From assembly GCF_009914755.1 (NCBI RefSeq), contig NC_060937.1: a stretch of 64,000 bases of DNA. One strand, 5' to 3'. The position numbers and the translations under genes are program-made. The notes beneath the pieces were generated by a model. It was given only the letters and a program-made list of their open reading frames with translations, was not told where the DNA came from and ran no database searches. The DNA comes from the human T2T-CHM13v2.0 reference genome, Homo sapiens. Positions 27,854 through 42,412 of the stretch are shown piece by piece; the first letter of the stretch is position 1; the number at the start of each line of letters is the position of its first letter.

Positions 27854-30150
27854 ATTTTAACTAACAGGGATAAGGAGCCAGAGCACAGTCAAAGAATTTA
27901 ATGAGCTACTGAAGAGGATCCTTATTGCAAAAATTATTGTAATTCTACTATGGTAAATTACAAATGTTTTCTAAAAATTTTAACATGAATAATCTAGAGT
28001 CTGTTTGACACATACATGCGCACACACACATACGTGGATTTTTTCCTACCCATCTTTTTATTGCGTTAGTGCTAAAAAATAAGTTGTGCACTCTGTAATA
28101 TAAGAATTAAATGGATTTCCAAATCAGCTTCCCGGGGCTTCAGAATAATTTCATGTTACCATATTAGTGCAGAAAAAAAAATGTATCTCATCAAAACTAT
28201 TCCAGAAGCACCTCATTTTGATAGGAAAGTACTTTGTGATGATTACCTAATAGGCAGCATTTGTTGAAATGCTTTTAATAGACCTTTTTTATCACATGCA
28301 AAAGAATTTCAATGCTAGTTCAGTCTCCTGTTTCATTCTGTCATGAATCAATTTGTAGAGACATTTAGAAGTCAATAATCCGCTGCAGCTTTGATGACAG
28401 GTGATTAATTTCTACATTTTAGAGACGTAATAAGATTTAGCAATAAAAAGGCCTTGAAGTAACCTACCGAACAGCTTTAATCTCAGTCTTGGGACTGTTG
28501 CTAACATGAACGCTTGTACACAAATGTGAATGATTTAAGTTAGTAGGTTTTATTGCAGACTCCTTGTGTCTTCCTATTAATCTTGCTTTACAATCAGGCT
28601 ATCCATGCAATCAATTTATGTTGGATATTTTTTCCCAACACAATGCTTGAAGGGAGGAGGGGGCTAACAAATTATTTACACGCAAAGAGTTTGTTCTACA
28701 AAAGAAGTCATTTTACGTGCTTATTGCTGAGGGGACGACTGATTTTACTGGTGTGGCAAGGAAAAAGAAAAAAGAAGTGAAGGTGGCCATCAAAAGATTC
28801 TGACGGATAAGTTCAAGGAATGGATGGTGATGAATGCTGAACCACAGCTAACACTTCCTTCCAAATAATCAGCTGCTCTCCCGTTCATAATGTCTTTCTT
28901 TTCATCCTTCTTATTCTGAAAATTGACAGAGGCCTCAAAGTAGTTTCTAATTCTTATCAAACGATTTCTATGAATGTAAGAGCTCATAAAAAGAGTGAGG
29001 TTAATCTAACCTGAAAAGAAGGGTTTCTCTTCTACTGCCACTGGGTAAACACCCCAATGTGGAAGGTTTTTTTTAAATAAATATATAAATCAAGGCAGAT
29101 GAATTCAGTGTTCACATAATTCATCACTCCTGACCAACAAATGGAATGTTCTTAGGAAACACTAAGTATTCCTAAGGCACATGTTCCGGGTTCAGCTGAC
29201 TTGTGCCTGTGCTTGTTAAATCTTGGGAGCTTGAGGTTTTGCTTTGTTCTGACATGTTTTTGATGTCAGCGGAGGATCATTGCTGAAAGTCTTCGTGGAA
29301 GTCATTTTTTCTTTCAGAAGAAAATGACGAAAGAAGAGATGGCTGCTTGACACACGTACAAAAACAAAGACAGCGTGCTTCTGGGGAAGATCCAAGAACA
29401 GGACATGGAGACAAAAATGAAAGACTTTTCAGGAGACCACCCAACAGAACAGAAACCAGACTCACCTCCCAGTGCTGTGCCCTCTCTTTCCCCAATCACC
29501 ATGATCACGATTTTACTTTTCTCATTATTCTCCTTTTTTAAAGATTAGACATCTGTTATTATCCGTCATTATTTTCTCTTTTTTTAATTTAAATTTGGCA
29601 TGCCTCCTATTAAAGTGTTTCTTAAAACAGTTCCTTCTTCCTTATTCCCTGAGTTAGGGCACCAAGCTAGGTATCTAACTAGGGAACCTTCACAGCTCGC
29701 CAAGTGGGCTTTGCTGCCTCCAGCCTTACCCTGACCACCCCCCATCTACCCTCAATGCTGCTGCCAGACTAACCTTCCCACAGGACTCCATGCTTGTCTG
29801 TTTGCCTTTTGTGTGTGTTCACACATTCCAGGAGCAAATCTGAGCAATTAACACATGCTGGGCACTGTGGTAGGAACTGGGAGTTTGAAGATGAAGACAT
29901 GGTGTCTTAATTTAAATAGCTCGAAATCTATCCAGAGAGACAGACACATAAATAACTACCAGCGTGGTAAGTGCTATAAGAGTTCTGTGGGTATGTATTC
30001 ACAAAAAGCAGTAGGTATCCAGCTGAAGCTGTTATTAATACCTCCTAAGAAGAAGACATCAGCCTGAAACCTGCCAAATTTTACCAGGAGGAGAGGGACT
30101 ACCCAGACAGAGCAAGCAATTCAGTAAATACACGGAGTCATTCTTAAAAT

Positions 30151-30206
30151 AGACAGATAGAAGATAGATGATAGATGATGATAGATAGATAGAGAGATGA
30201 TAGATG

Positions 30207-30249
<43 letters not shown>

Positions 30250-30270
30250 GATAGATAGAGATAGATATAG
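30151..30270. repeat. Compound (GATA)n tetranucleotide microsatellite
   Basis: Long run of gata units with gat/gatg interruptions. Confidence 0.97.
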
Positions 30271-30379
30271 AATATCTTATTGGTTTATTCCCTCTCTCTG
30301 TCTTCCTCTCTCATCCCATTTTATTCCTTATCTCTTGCAAATTTAGTGAAACACTACTCTCTCTGTTTGCTGCTTTCCC

Positions 30380-30506
30380 ACTTACTCTCCAGTTACCACT
30401 TCACTGACACTGTTTCTCCACTTAGAAAGTAGGTAATCTCCTAGATGTCAAATCAAAAGTATCCTTTTCCATTCTTATCTTACTGAACTACTTTTGCATT
30501 TAAAAC

Positions 30507-30541
<35 letters not shown>

Positions 30542-30830
30542 CCTCATTTTTAAAACTCTACTTTCTTGGCTTTGACACACACTCAAGTTTTCTTATACAC
30601 CTTCTTCTACCTCTGAGGCTCCTTTGTGGGCCTCTGCTTTTTTATCTACCTTTAAAAGTTGAGTTTATGAAGGATCTATTCTCATTGTATACACCTTCCT
30701 CCGGGGAGGGCAGAAATCATTCTTATGGTGATAAACAGTAGTCATCACCATTCTCCATCAGTCTCCAACCCAGGCCTCCCTCCTGAAGTAAGAATCATTT
30801 TATCCAACCACCTGGAGAATAGCTCATGAT
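30380..30830 (+). mobile_element. L2 internal fragment, interrupted by (TG)n
   Basis: gtcaaatcaaaag...cttatcttactgaacta...ttcttggctttgacacacactc...tctccaacccaggcctccctcctgaa...tatccaac. Confidence 0.55.
30509..30540. repeat. (TG)16 microsatellite
   Basis: Direct reading. Confidence 0.97.
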
Positions 30831-32330
30831 GTTGTATCTAACTATCTATAGAACATCTGTCAATGGGCCGCAACGTATTGTTTCTAAAGGGAAGGGAGGA
30901 AAGACAAAAATAAAAAATAGCTATAGGCATGTTTCATCTAGACTAATCAGATCCATTAGGCAGAAACTTGGTCTGTAAAGCAAGGAACACGCTCAGAAGT
31001 TACACAGATGTTCCAATTAGATACACTGGTATATATATCTAACTATATATAGTGTGTGTCTATGTAATCTAGGCATAAATAATAATTTTATTTATTAGAG
31101 TATAGGATTAAACATGTCTGGAGCCCACTAAAATGAAACACAGTTTCTATAAAGACAAGGCTGTGGGTTCAGTTGGGGTGGGGGGAGTTGTTTTACTCTT
31201 TAAATGACAAGATCTTCTATTACTATGTTTTTTACTGCTCAAGAATCAAAAGATCCAAATTCATATCCTAAATTTGACTGTTATTCTTTCTACATAAAAC
31301 TTTATTTTTTATTTCAGGATGTCCTCCGAGTTGCAGAAACTAAGTTGTAGATATATCACAAAAATTGACAATCCCATGAGTATTTGATCCCAACACAAAA
31401 TATTCAGGATAACGCTTCACTTTCTCTCACTGGTCTTTCAACACTTCTTCTTGGCAAAAAAAAAAAAAAAAATTGCTTTAAAGATACACAGACGAACACA
31501 CACACACATACACACAATTGATGATTATTATCACATCAATTTTAGAGGAAACAGAGGAACAGAGAAAATAAGTAATTTGCTCAAAGCTTGTCTGGATTCA
31601 GGTCAGTCCACCAGATGTCTCAGCTTTTACATAATTAAGAGAGAGAAAGAAAACAGAAGCTATAAACATGAGAATCTACATACACTAAATTTATTCTTCC
31701 TTGAGGTCCATCCTAAAATTACCTCTCCACTGCCCTCCACCCCTGACCTCAGCTCTAGGGGAAGATTTCTTCATTATTTCCCTACATTCAGTGTTCATTC
31801 CTAACCCCCAGTCCTTTGATCAATGTATTTCTACCACCCTCGAATGCCTTTTACCTTCTCTTCCCTGTCCAAATCCTTTCCTTCCTTCAAGCCTAACTAT
31901 ATCCTTGACTAGAAACTTCTTTGGCAATATGATAAATCTTACCATTTTTAGTTCTTTGTTCTTGAGTTATTTTCATGTATTCGATTCTTCCCCAGTACAG
32001 TGCAATTATCATGAAGACAAACAGCCATCTTATGTGTCTCTTCTTCTCCGTGACTTCATGGCTAGCTATATAATACATTATCAAAAAATACTTGTTTGAA
32101 TGGATAACTAGATGGAGGACAGTAAGGAGTAGTAAAATAAATAAATAGAAATGGTAAGAAATAAAGAATCTTATATAAGTAAATATTGAACTTATGGGTT
32201 AAAGTATTTCAAAAGCTCATCACACACAGATAGAAATAGGCCTCTTCTAATAGTTTCAAAAGCTTCATAAAATAGTTTTTTTCCAATTATCCCAGCCTCC
32301 ATGAAGTTGATGTAAATAAAGAAGAGAAGC

Positions 32331-32545
32331 TAACATTGATAGAGCACGTACTGTGTGCAAGGCCTCCATTGTGTACTTTGAAATACAATATCTCAGTCAC
32401 ACTGTACAACAGTCCTGCAAAGCATTATTACCCCACTTCTACAAGTGATAGAACTAACGTTCAGAGAGGGCAGTTAACATCCCCAAGATTAGACAGCCAT
32501 CAAGTAGAGGAGCTGTACTTTGAACTCAGGTCCAAATGAATCCCC
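32331..32545 (-). mobile_element. MIR SINE
   Basis: taacattgatagagcacgtactgtgtgc...attattaccccacttctacaagtgatagaactaacgttcagagagg...tttgaactcaggtc. Confidence 0.75.
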
Positions 32546-33166
32546 AGCCTATCTTTTTCTGTTAGTCTTTCTTTATACACTGTAAGGTAATGTTTGCATC
32601 CCTGGCTGTTCTGTAAAGCTAAATCAACACTAGCAATGCATTTCTAAATGTATGTGAAGAGCAGAAGGACCACATGGTTCTTGTACTTCCTCTGCTGGGT
32701 TAACCATTAACAATCAGCATCAACATCCATTCCAGTCTCTACAAATACCCAGAATCTCTGCACTCTGCACCTATCATTATATATGCCAAGGTCCCACTCT
32801 GGAAGGTAAACTTGCCAAAAACACATATATAATCCAGAGGTTACCCCTGCAGAGACACATTCTCCAATACTCAATATGCAAACATAAGAAAATAGACTTT
32901 TTCTGAAGTTGTTTTAATGAAGAGGGAGCGTTAGAAACCATGCTGAGGCAGCTTCCTGAAAAATCTTGGAAAGGGCCTCAGTCCTGTGAGCCACGGTTTC
33001 CTCAGCTGTGAAATGGGTATAATAACTAAAGGTCAATCAAAATAATTTTTAAAAGGCACCTGGAAAATAGTAGGTATTTAATAAATATTGTTTTACATAC
33101 TCATTGACAGAAATATTCTTGATAGACATAATAAGAGTGCATAAAGAAGAAAACCAACACAAATTA

Positions 33167-33616
33167 TTTGGTTGGTGTAAAAGAAATTGTGGTTTGGGCA
33201 GTACTGTCAATGGCAAAATTGCATTTACTTTTGAACCAACTATTTTAGACCATTCTCACACTGCTAAGAAAGACATACCCAAGGCTGGGTAATTTATAAA
33301 GGAAAGAGGTTTAATTGACTCACAGTTTAGCATAGCTGGGGAGGCCTCAGGAAACTTATAATCATGGTATAAGGGGAAGCAAACACTTCCTTCTTCACAT
33401 GGTGGCAGAAAGGAGAAGTGCAGGGGAACTGCCCTTTATAAAACCATCAGATCTCATGAGACCTATTCACTATCATGGGAAGAGCAAGGAAAAAACATGC
33501 CCCTATGATTCAATTACCTCCCACTGGGTTCCTCCCATGACACGTGGGGATTATGGGAGCTACAATTTAAGATGAGATTTGGGTGGGGACACAGGCAAAC
33601 CATATCACCGACCTAA
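33167..33616. mobile_element. MADE1 (Hsmar1-derived MITE) split by a THE1 LTR
   Basis: tttggttggtgtaaaagaaattgtggttt...aatggcaaaattgcatttacttttgaaccaac (33167-33240) resumes as ctaa (33613-33616); flanked by TA at 33165-66 and 33617-18. Confidence 0.85.
33241..33607 (-). mobile_element. THE1 (C/D-like) solo LTR
   Basis: ccattctcacactgctaagaaagacataccc...ggaggcctcaggaaactta...gatgagatttgggtggggacacaggcaaaccatatca. TSD ccaac / ccgac. Confidence 0.92.
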
Positions 33617-33676
33617 TAGAATACAGACAAAATTTGACTAAGGTATAACTTTGACTGTTACTATAACAGATGAAAG

Positions 33677-33982
<306 letters not shown>

Positions 33983-34747
33983 TTATGTGCTGTCATAAAT
34001 GTATCATGTACAGATGCAACATAGATAAGAGGCAAGGAAAATTATTTTAAAACATAACTAGCCTTATTGTCCACTCTTCCAATTTTTCCTGATTTTAGGT
34101 GCCAAAAACATATAACAAAGATGAAAACGCCACTAAGACAAAAGGATAATTGTTTGCTGTGTTAACTTCAAAGAGCTATTGCAGCACAGCAACATCTGTA
34201 ATAAAACGACGGATGCCTGTTTTTTCACCAATGTCAAATCATCATAAAATACTGAGGAGATGGGAGGAATCAAATCTTGCAGTCCTTGAAATCTGATATG
34301 AAGTCTATAACCAACCCTGTGCAAGATGGGTAGCTTTTACAAGAGGACAAACACATTGTAAGGGAATGAATCAAAGCAAAGGATTAGATAATTGAAGAGG
34401 TGACAGCACATCAGATTGCAGGTGGCAGAGTGAGGTATGGAACAGGAGTTGCCTGCCCAGTAACACACAAGAAGAGTTACGACATTTATGCATTTTCATT
34501 TCTACAGGTGGGAACCTCAAATCATTCCATGGGCTAGCCTCTGAGTACCTCTAATCCAAGCCTGCCAAGGATCAGTTGATATACTCCTGTATCGTCAGAG
34601 ATGGACCCAACATATTTCCAACAATATTTCTTTGGTCCTAACAAGACACATTTTAAGTCTAAATAACCTGTAAATTCAAACCTTATTTTCTATGGTTAAG
34701 ATATATGCCCTTGCAGGCTCTATTATACACAGTCATAGATCCAGGAA

Positions 34748-34915
34748 ACATTATTTGACCACCTACTCTGTGCCAGGCTGTGTAAGACAGTTCTTCTATG
34801 ATTTCCCATTCAATCCTAACAGGCATGCTCTGCTGTGCATGCTGTTGTCTTTTTTAGTAGATGAAGAACTAAGAATCAAAAACATTAAGAGACTTACCCA
34901 AGATGATATACTTTA
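34748..34915 (-). mobile_element. MIR SINE fragment
   Basis: catt-atttgaccacctactctgtgccagg...agatgaagaactaagaatcaaaaacattaagagacttacccaaga. Confidence 0.65.
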
Positions 34916-35567
34916 GAATGCTTTTCCCCACTAAAATAGCAAGTTTGATTGCCACTGCAGCATCAAAATACAGCAGGGCTAGAATATGCTTACATTGCAC
35001 ATGAGCTGAGAGCCCTAGAGCATGTGCCTTCTCTCTCCTCCCATGCCTCTGAATAAGGATCTCAAATGCTGGAAGTTCTCAGTCAACCCTGGCAGCTTTT
35101 GGTAACATTTTTCCCATGTTATTTCAGACAATGGATTTGTCCTTTTTAAAGACAAAATAGAATTTACTTTCCAACTTTATATTTTGCTATATTTTACAAT
35201 ATTTCAAGTTTTTCTTGTTCATTAGCAAATGAAATAACAGCATATGGCTAAAAGGCCTAAGGATAAGACTTCACCCCAAAGAAAGACAGCTAATCCTCAA
35301 AAAAAAAAAAAAAGAATATTATCCCCTACTAACAGATCTCTATTCCAATTTTAAGTTATCTCCTTGACCTTAAAGACAATACTCTGTGGGAGTGAGAAAC
35401 CTAAGACCACCGCTCTTCATAGCCAGTTGAGTTATGAATTTAAAGTTTCCCACAAAATAGCAATAAATCCAGATCCAAAGACAGTTTAAGAAAGCTACAG
35501 AAAATGTTACTCTCTCATCCCAAAAGCTTTTCAGTCCTTAAAGAATTTAATTGTTTAAAATCTAAGG

Positions 35568-36637
<1,070 letters not shown>

Positions 36638-37644
36638 GAAGTTTATTGACCTCAAGAGGCATCTGGGAGCACCTCACTTAATCTTAAAAAGGCATCAAGG
36701 GAGCCCATCACTTAATCCTACTACAGATTTAATCTTAAAGACAAAGTGTTCCAAATTTTGGGTGGGATTCAATGGAGGAAGTCATGTTAAATGAGAACCA
36801 AATATTGAAATAAATAAGATAAAATTAGTACCCCTTCTAGCTCCAGTGGTGCAACCAAAGACCTGCCACACATAACTGGGCACTTTGTAGTCTCACCTAA
36901 AAAAATGTAAGATCCTTAACTGAGATATTTGAAAAACTCATGTCATATTTTCACTTCAGAAGAAACCTTATTCAACTTGTTCATCTTGGCTTCAGAACAC
37001 ATTTATCTAATAGTAAGTTCTTTTCAACTCATTTCATTCTGAAAGCCAGGTAGAAGTTGGCTGGAGTTAGGATAGTTTCTTCTTAGTCCTTAGGATTAAT
37101 CTGGTCATTTGTCTGTTAGGAAAACATTCATTTCAATAGAACAGATTTCAGAACTTGATTTAACAACCCTAGAGCATGGCTGGAATTCCAAGATCCCTCT
37201 GGGGAAAAATGGGGCATTATAATAATAATTTCAGAAGACAAGAGTAAGTACTGTTTATCCATCACCTATGGGATGTTAGTGGGTGATAGTATTGAATAGA
37301 TTCATGGTGCAGTGAAAATGGGCCAACTTTGAAGCCAGTCAATGAGTGACTTTTTCTCCGCTGTTTCCAGAGAATAGAACAAAATCTAACACATAGCAGG
37401 CCCTCAATACAAATCTGATATATGAACAAATTAATGGATCTGTTTCAACCTCTTCATTTTACATACAACACACAGAAGCTAAGAAATTTATCCTTGATTA
37501 TTAGCAAAGTGAAACTCAGAATCTCTAGATTTTCTTCTTTGTCACATTGTGATGTTACCTGTTTTTAGTTTGTGGGTTTGCTTGTTTTGTTTTTAATGTT
37601 TAGGAAATTTAAGCCTGTATTGACTTACCTCAAAGTGCCATAGC

Positions 37645-37770
37645 ACAGAGCTTTCTAAATGTTTTGAATTACAGAAGTACCTGGTGTGTGTATTACAAAT
37701 AAAGTTTCCCAGACTTCTACCTGGAGATTCTACTTCTGTATCTCTGACCAGGCAAGTCTGGGAAACATGG
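37645..37770. mobile_element. MER5-family fragment
   Basis: cagaagtacctggtgtgtgtattacaaataaagtttcccagac...ctggagattctacttc...ggcaagtctgggaaacatgg. Confidence 0.5.
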
Positions 37771-38160
37771 CCTAGCCATGTCTCTGGAGAAGAGGGCTCT
37801 CTGTTTGCTCACCACCAGCACACCTAGTTCAAGCCAGAGAGGAGAGGGTGAGGAGACACTCAGTCTGCTCCGCTGGATGCAGGAATATATAGGATGCTTT
37901 GTTTATTACAGTGTCAAAGGACACTGAAGAGAGCACCAAGAGAGGTGATTTGAGGGCAGAAAGCACCTGGGAGATACAGCACTCACCTTTGATTCATTAA
38001 TTAAATTTGCAGAAAGGCAGCTGCCCAAGAGGTCCTGCAGCTGCACATGCTTCCCTCCACCTTTTTATGAGAAAGAAACAAATGACCTCAGGGCAGATTG
38101 ATGGAGGGTTTTTCTTCTTCCGGAAACTAAGCTTCAGCACCACTGGTCAGTATTCAGCCC

Positions 38161-38515
38161 TTTCTTTCTTTTCTTTCTTTCTTTTTCTTTCTTTCTTTCT
38201 TTCTTTCATTCTTTCTTTCTTTCCTTCTTTCTTCTTTTTTTTTTTTAACGGAGTTTTACTCTTGTTGCCCAGGCTGGCATGCAATGGCACAATCACGGCT
38301 CTTGCAATCTCTGCCTCCCGGGTTCAAACAATTCTCCTGCCTCAGCCTCCCAGGTAGCTGGGATTACAGGCATGTGCCACCACGCCTGGCTAATTTTGTA
38401 TTTTTAGTAGAGACGGGGTTTCTTCATGTTGGTCAACCTGGTCTCGAACTCCTGACCTCAAGTGATCCACACACTTCGATCTCCCAAAGTGCTGGGATTA
38501 CAGGTGTGAGTCACT
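38161..38515 (-). mobile_element. AluSp/Sq with an expanded (TTTC)n tail
   Basis: ctcttgttgcccaggctgg...gcaatggc and catgttggtca diagnostics; (TTTC)n from 38161 to about 38235. Confidence 0.93.
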
Positions 38516-39059
38516 TCTATGTTCCATATCACTTACATGGCCATGTTTTCCTAACTACCATTGATCTGAAAAAGTTCCAATATAAATATTTATTTGCTGA
38601 ACGAATGAATGAGGAGGGTTCTGCCTTCTATCATTAGCACTATTGTATACGAATTCATTTTGATAGCCCTTTTCTGGAGTCAATATCCTTTCCTTTCTGA
38701 GGTATGTATACTATAAACTGAATTATTGTGGACATTAGAAGAGAAAAACGAGAAGAAACAGTGACAAAATAGGAGGAAATACAGGATTTTGCATGCACAA
38801 ATGCTAAAAGCCCTGAGAAAAACAAAATATCATGAGAAAAATTAAATCAGGCATTATAATTGCAATCTAGTCTCTATCAGTGAAGAAAGAGGTAGATGTA
38901 AAGCCAGCAGATGTACTTAAGAGGGATTATTACATTTTTATGAACTAAGCTAATGTAGTCCTGGATTGCAAATTCCATGAACACTATAATTGCTGAATGC
39001 AAGTTTCACAAGGGCAAAGTGGATGTCAGCCTGTCACATGGTGGACACTCAATAAATAC

Positions 39060-39089
39060 TGGATGGATGAATGGATGGATGGATGGATG
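39060..39089. repeat. (TGGA)n simple repeat at an L2-like 3' end
   Basis: ctcaataaatact-ggatggatgaatggatggatggatggatg. Confidence 0.8.
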
Positions 39090-39228
39090 ATCTTGGATAT
39101 TTGAGAGAAGGACAAAGACATACCTGCAAATATTCTGAGCTCTTTCCATCTCCACAAGCCAAACTGTTTTAAGTCTCTGAAACCATGGTGAGATACAGAA
39201 GACAGGACCTACAAGGTGGAAGTCAGTA

Positions 39229-39272
39229 TTCTTTTTCATAAAATCAACAATTCCTTTTCATAAAATCAACAA
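39229..39272. repeat. 22-bp tandem duplication
   Basis: ttctttttcataaaatcaacaa followed by ttccttttcataaaatcaacaa. Confidence 0.9.
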
Positions 39273-39279
39273 GCCCTAT

Positions 39280-39517
39280 GAGGGCTGCTGTAGCAAAGTG
39301 CCAGAAACTGGGTGACTTAAACAACAGAAATGTACTGTCTCACAGTTCTGGAGATGAGAAGTCTGAGATCAAGCTGTTGGCAGGGTTGGTTCCTTATAAG
39401 GGCTATGAGGAAGACTCTGTCTGATGTCTCTTTCCTCTTCTGGTGGCTTGCTGACAATCTTTGGCCTTCCTTGGCTTATATACACATCACCCAATCTCTG
39501 AGTTTTCATATGGTGCT

Positions 39518-39563
<46 letters not shown>

Positions 39564-39728
39564 ACCTTTCCCCTTTTTTATAAGGACACAAGTCATATTG
39601 GATTAGGGCCCACCCTAAAAGACCTGATTATAGCTTGATTACCTTTGTAAAGACCCTATCTGAGGTTCTGAGAATTAGAACTTCAATGTGTGAGTTGGGG
39701 TGAAGGGGACATAAATCCACCCATAGCA
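39280..39728 (-). mobile_element. MLT1 (B/C-like) MaLR LTR containing a (GT)n run
   Basis: gggctgctgtagcaaagtgccagaaactgggtgacttaaacaacagaaat...tataaggacacaagtcatattggattagggcccacccta; (GT)~20 at 39522-39561. Confidence 0.88.
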
Positions 39729-40826
39729 ACCAGTTACCAAAATAAGTGCCACACAGAATGCATAGCATCTGCAACAAAAAAAAAAGTAAATTATTGTTTA
39801 AGCTTTTCACTGAAGGGGAGAGGATATCCCAGTAACAAAGAGATAGTAAATAAAAATTAATACAAATAACTCATTGTTACTTAGCCATTTCTAAAATGCA
39901 ATTCAAACTCTCTTCATTTAATTGCTCTCTATTAGTTTAGTGAGTGTACTTTTTAAGAATTTAAACACACAGCTCTAGTGTAAAAATATTTATAAGAGCC
40001 TTAGTAGCTTTACTTCCCATATCACTTCCCTCTCATCTTCTTTTATATTTAACAACTAAATTCCTCCAACACAGTGGTTTTTAAGAAGCTAGCCACCATG
40101 GTTGGAAAATAAATATCACATATAGTATTGCATATGTTTTGGAGAGATGTCAATCCAAAATAAATGGAAAGTTCTGGCTTTTGAAAAGATAATGTTCTAA
40201 GAAAATTTACTTATCCAAACAGTTCATTTCCTGACGATGATGAACAACTGAGATTGTGCTATTTATAGAAGTGGTTTAACTGGATATATACAAACGACAA
40301 AGTTCAGCTCATTTTATGTGAGAAAAAGTACCTTTATGAAGAATAAAAAGGAAAATACTAAAATAATATCCAACAAATCTTTTTAAAACTTAGATATTCT
40401 GTATAAGTCACATCCATTGGGAGTCCGGTAAACATCAAGAGGAAAAGATCAAATTCACTGTTAAAGTAACAGTCATAGCATTTGGCATTTTTGCTCTACG
40501 AAAGGGGCATCGAACATATCCTCTGAGCACACTAGACTTGAAAAAGAGAAAATTAAGGGGGCTAAATGTTAAGTCCTACAGTTAGAAAGCTCAAGAGAAA
40601 TATAGTTACAATCACACAGGCACAGATTCTAAAGGGGAAAACAGACTCTAAATGTGAAGAAGCTTTAGGGAAAAAACTTATTTCACTGTCCAACAATTAT
40701 AATTCTTCCTGAAGGGAAGGAAAGAAGTTTAAATCAAGAAGCCTTTGATATAAAAATCAAGAATTCATGTGTATTTACACGAATAAATAGAATTCTATAG
40801 ATAGATAACCAGACAAAGGATTGTAC

Positions 40827-41470
40827 TGAAACAGAAAATACTCCTTGACCCCTTCTTGGTCCTCACAACAGAGGTGCCTCACTTATCAGCCAGCAGCTCC
40901 CTACCCCTCGTGGGAGGAGGAGAATGCAGGTGAGCAGATGCAGGAGCCAGAGCAAGCACTTGTGGGTGCCAGCAGGAGCACAACTCCATGCAGCCCCACA
41001 GCAGCATCTAGGGAGTTACCCACGACCCCTGAAGCCCCAGAGGACATGTGTTACAGTGTGGTCTTTTAGCTTTGCTCTCTGTAGACAGCTTAAGTGTTAA
41101 CAGCTCAGTGGAGGGTCAGTGTGACAGCCTTTTGCACCCACACCCGAGTCCTTATCTGGCATCCAGGAGGAATGAGGTTGCATGAACAAATTAAAGGATG
41201 ATGAATGCAAAGGATTTTATTGCCAATGAAAATGGCTCTCAGTGGGAAGGGGAGCTGGAAGGGGGATGGAGCAGGAAGATGATCCTCCCCTGGAGTCCCG
41301 TGAGGGACTCTTCTCCAAAGTCCTGATGTCAAGTCGTCCCCCTGAAGTCAAGCTGCTTCTCTCTGATGTCCAGCTGCTTCATGTCTTCTCTCTTTCTATG
41401 CCTTCTGCCAGTTGGGTCAGGGGGTTTTATGGGTACAGGACTGGGGGCAAGTCCAATTATTTTGGATGTA
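40827..41470 (-). mobile_element. ERV1-class LTR fragment (MER52/LTR27/LTR28-like group)
   Basis: Abrupt GC-rich block starting tgaaacagaaaat; cctgaagccccagaggacatgtgttacagtg...cttttagctttgc...gcttaagtgttaacagctcagtggagggtcag; antisense poly(A) signal ttttatt at about 41216. Confidence 0.7.
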
Positions 41471-41584
41471 AAATTATCTTGGTGATCCATGGCATATCAA
41501 AGTGAGTTTGAAAGTCCAAGATAATTCACAGGTATTCAATATTAAAGCAACTGGTGACAAGAATAAAGAAGAATGGGTTTTATT

Positions 41585-41976
41585 CTCATGTTCTCACTCG
41601 TATGTGGAAGCTAAAAATTAAAACCATTGAACTCAAGGAGATAGAGTAAAATGATGGTTTCCAGAGGCTGGGAAGGGCAAGGAGTGGGAGAGAGTGGAGA
41701 TAGTTAATGGGTGCAAAAATATAGTTAGAATGAATAAGATCTAGTATTGGATAGCACAACCGGATGACTAAGTCAACCGTAATTTATTATATATTTTAAA
41801 ATAACTAAAAGAGTGTAATCAGAATGTTCCTAAGACAAAGAAATGATAAATCCTTGAGGTGACGGATACTCCAATTATCTTCATGTGATTGCTATACGTG
41901 TGTGCCTGTATCAAAACATTACATGCACCCCATAAATATATATACCTACTATGTACCAATAAAAATTAAAAATTAA
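41585..41976 (+). mobile_element. L1MA (L1MA2/3-like) 3' end
   Basis: catgttctcactcgtatgtggaagctaaaa...gatagcacaac...cctgtatcaaaacattacatgcaccccataaatatatatacctactatgtacc. Confidence 0.88.
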
Positions 41977-41977
41977 G

Positions 41978-42387
<410 letters not shown>

Positions 42388-42412
42388 TTACATATTTGAT
42401 ATATTTATTTCA

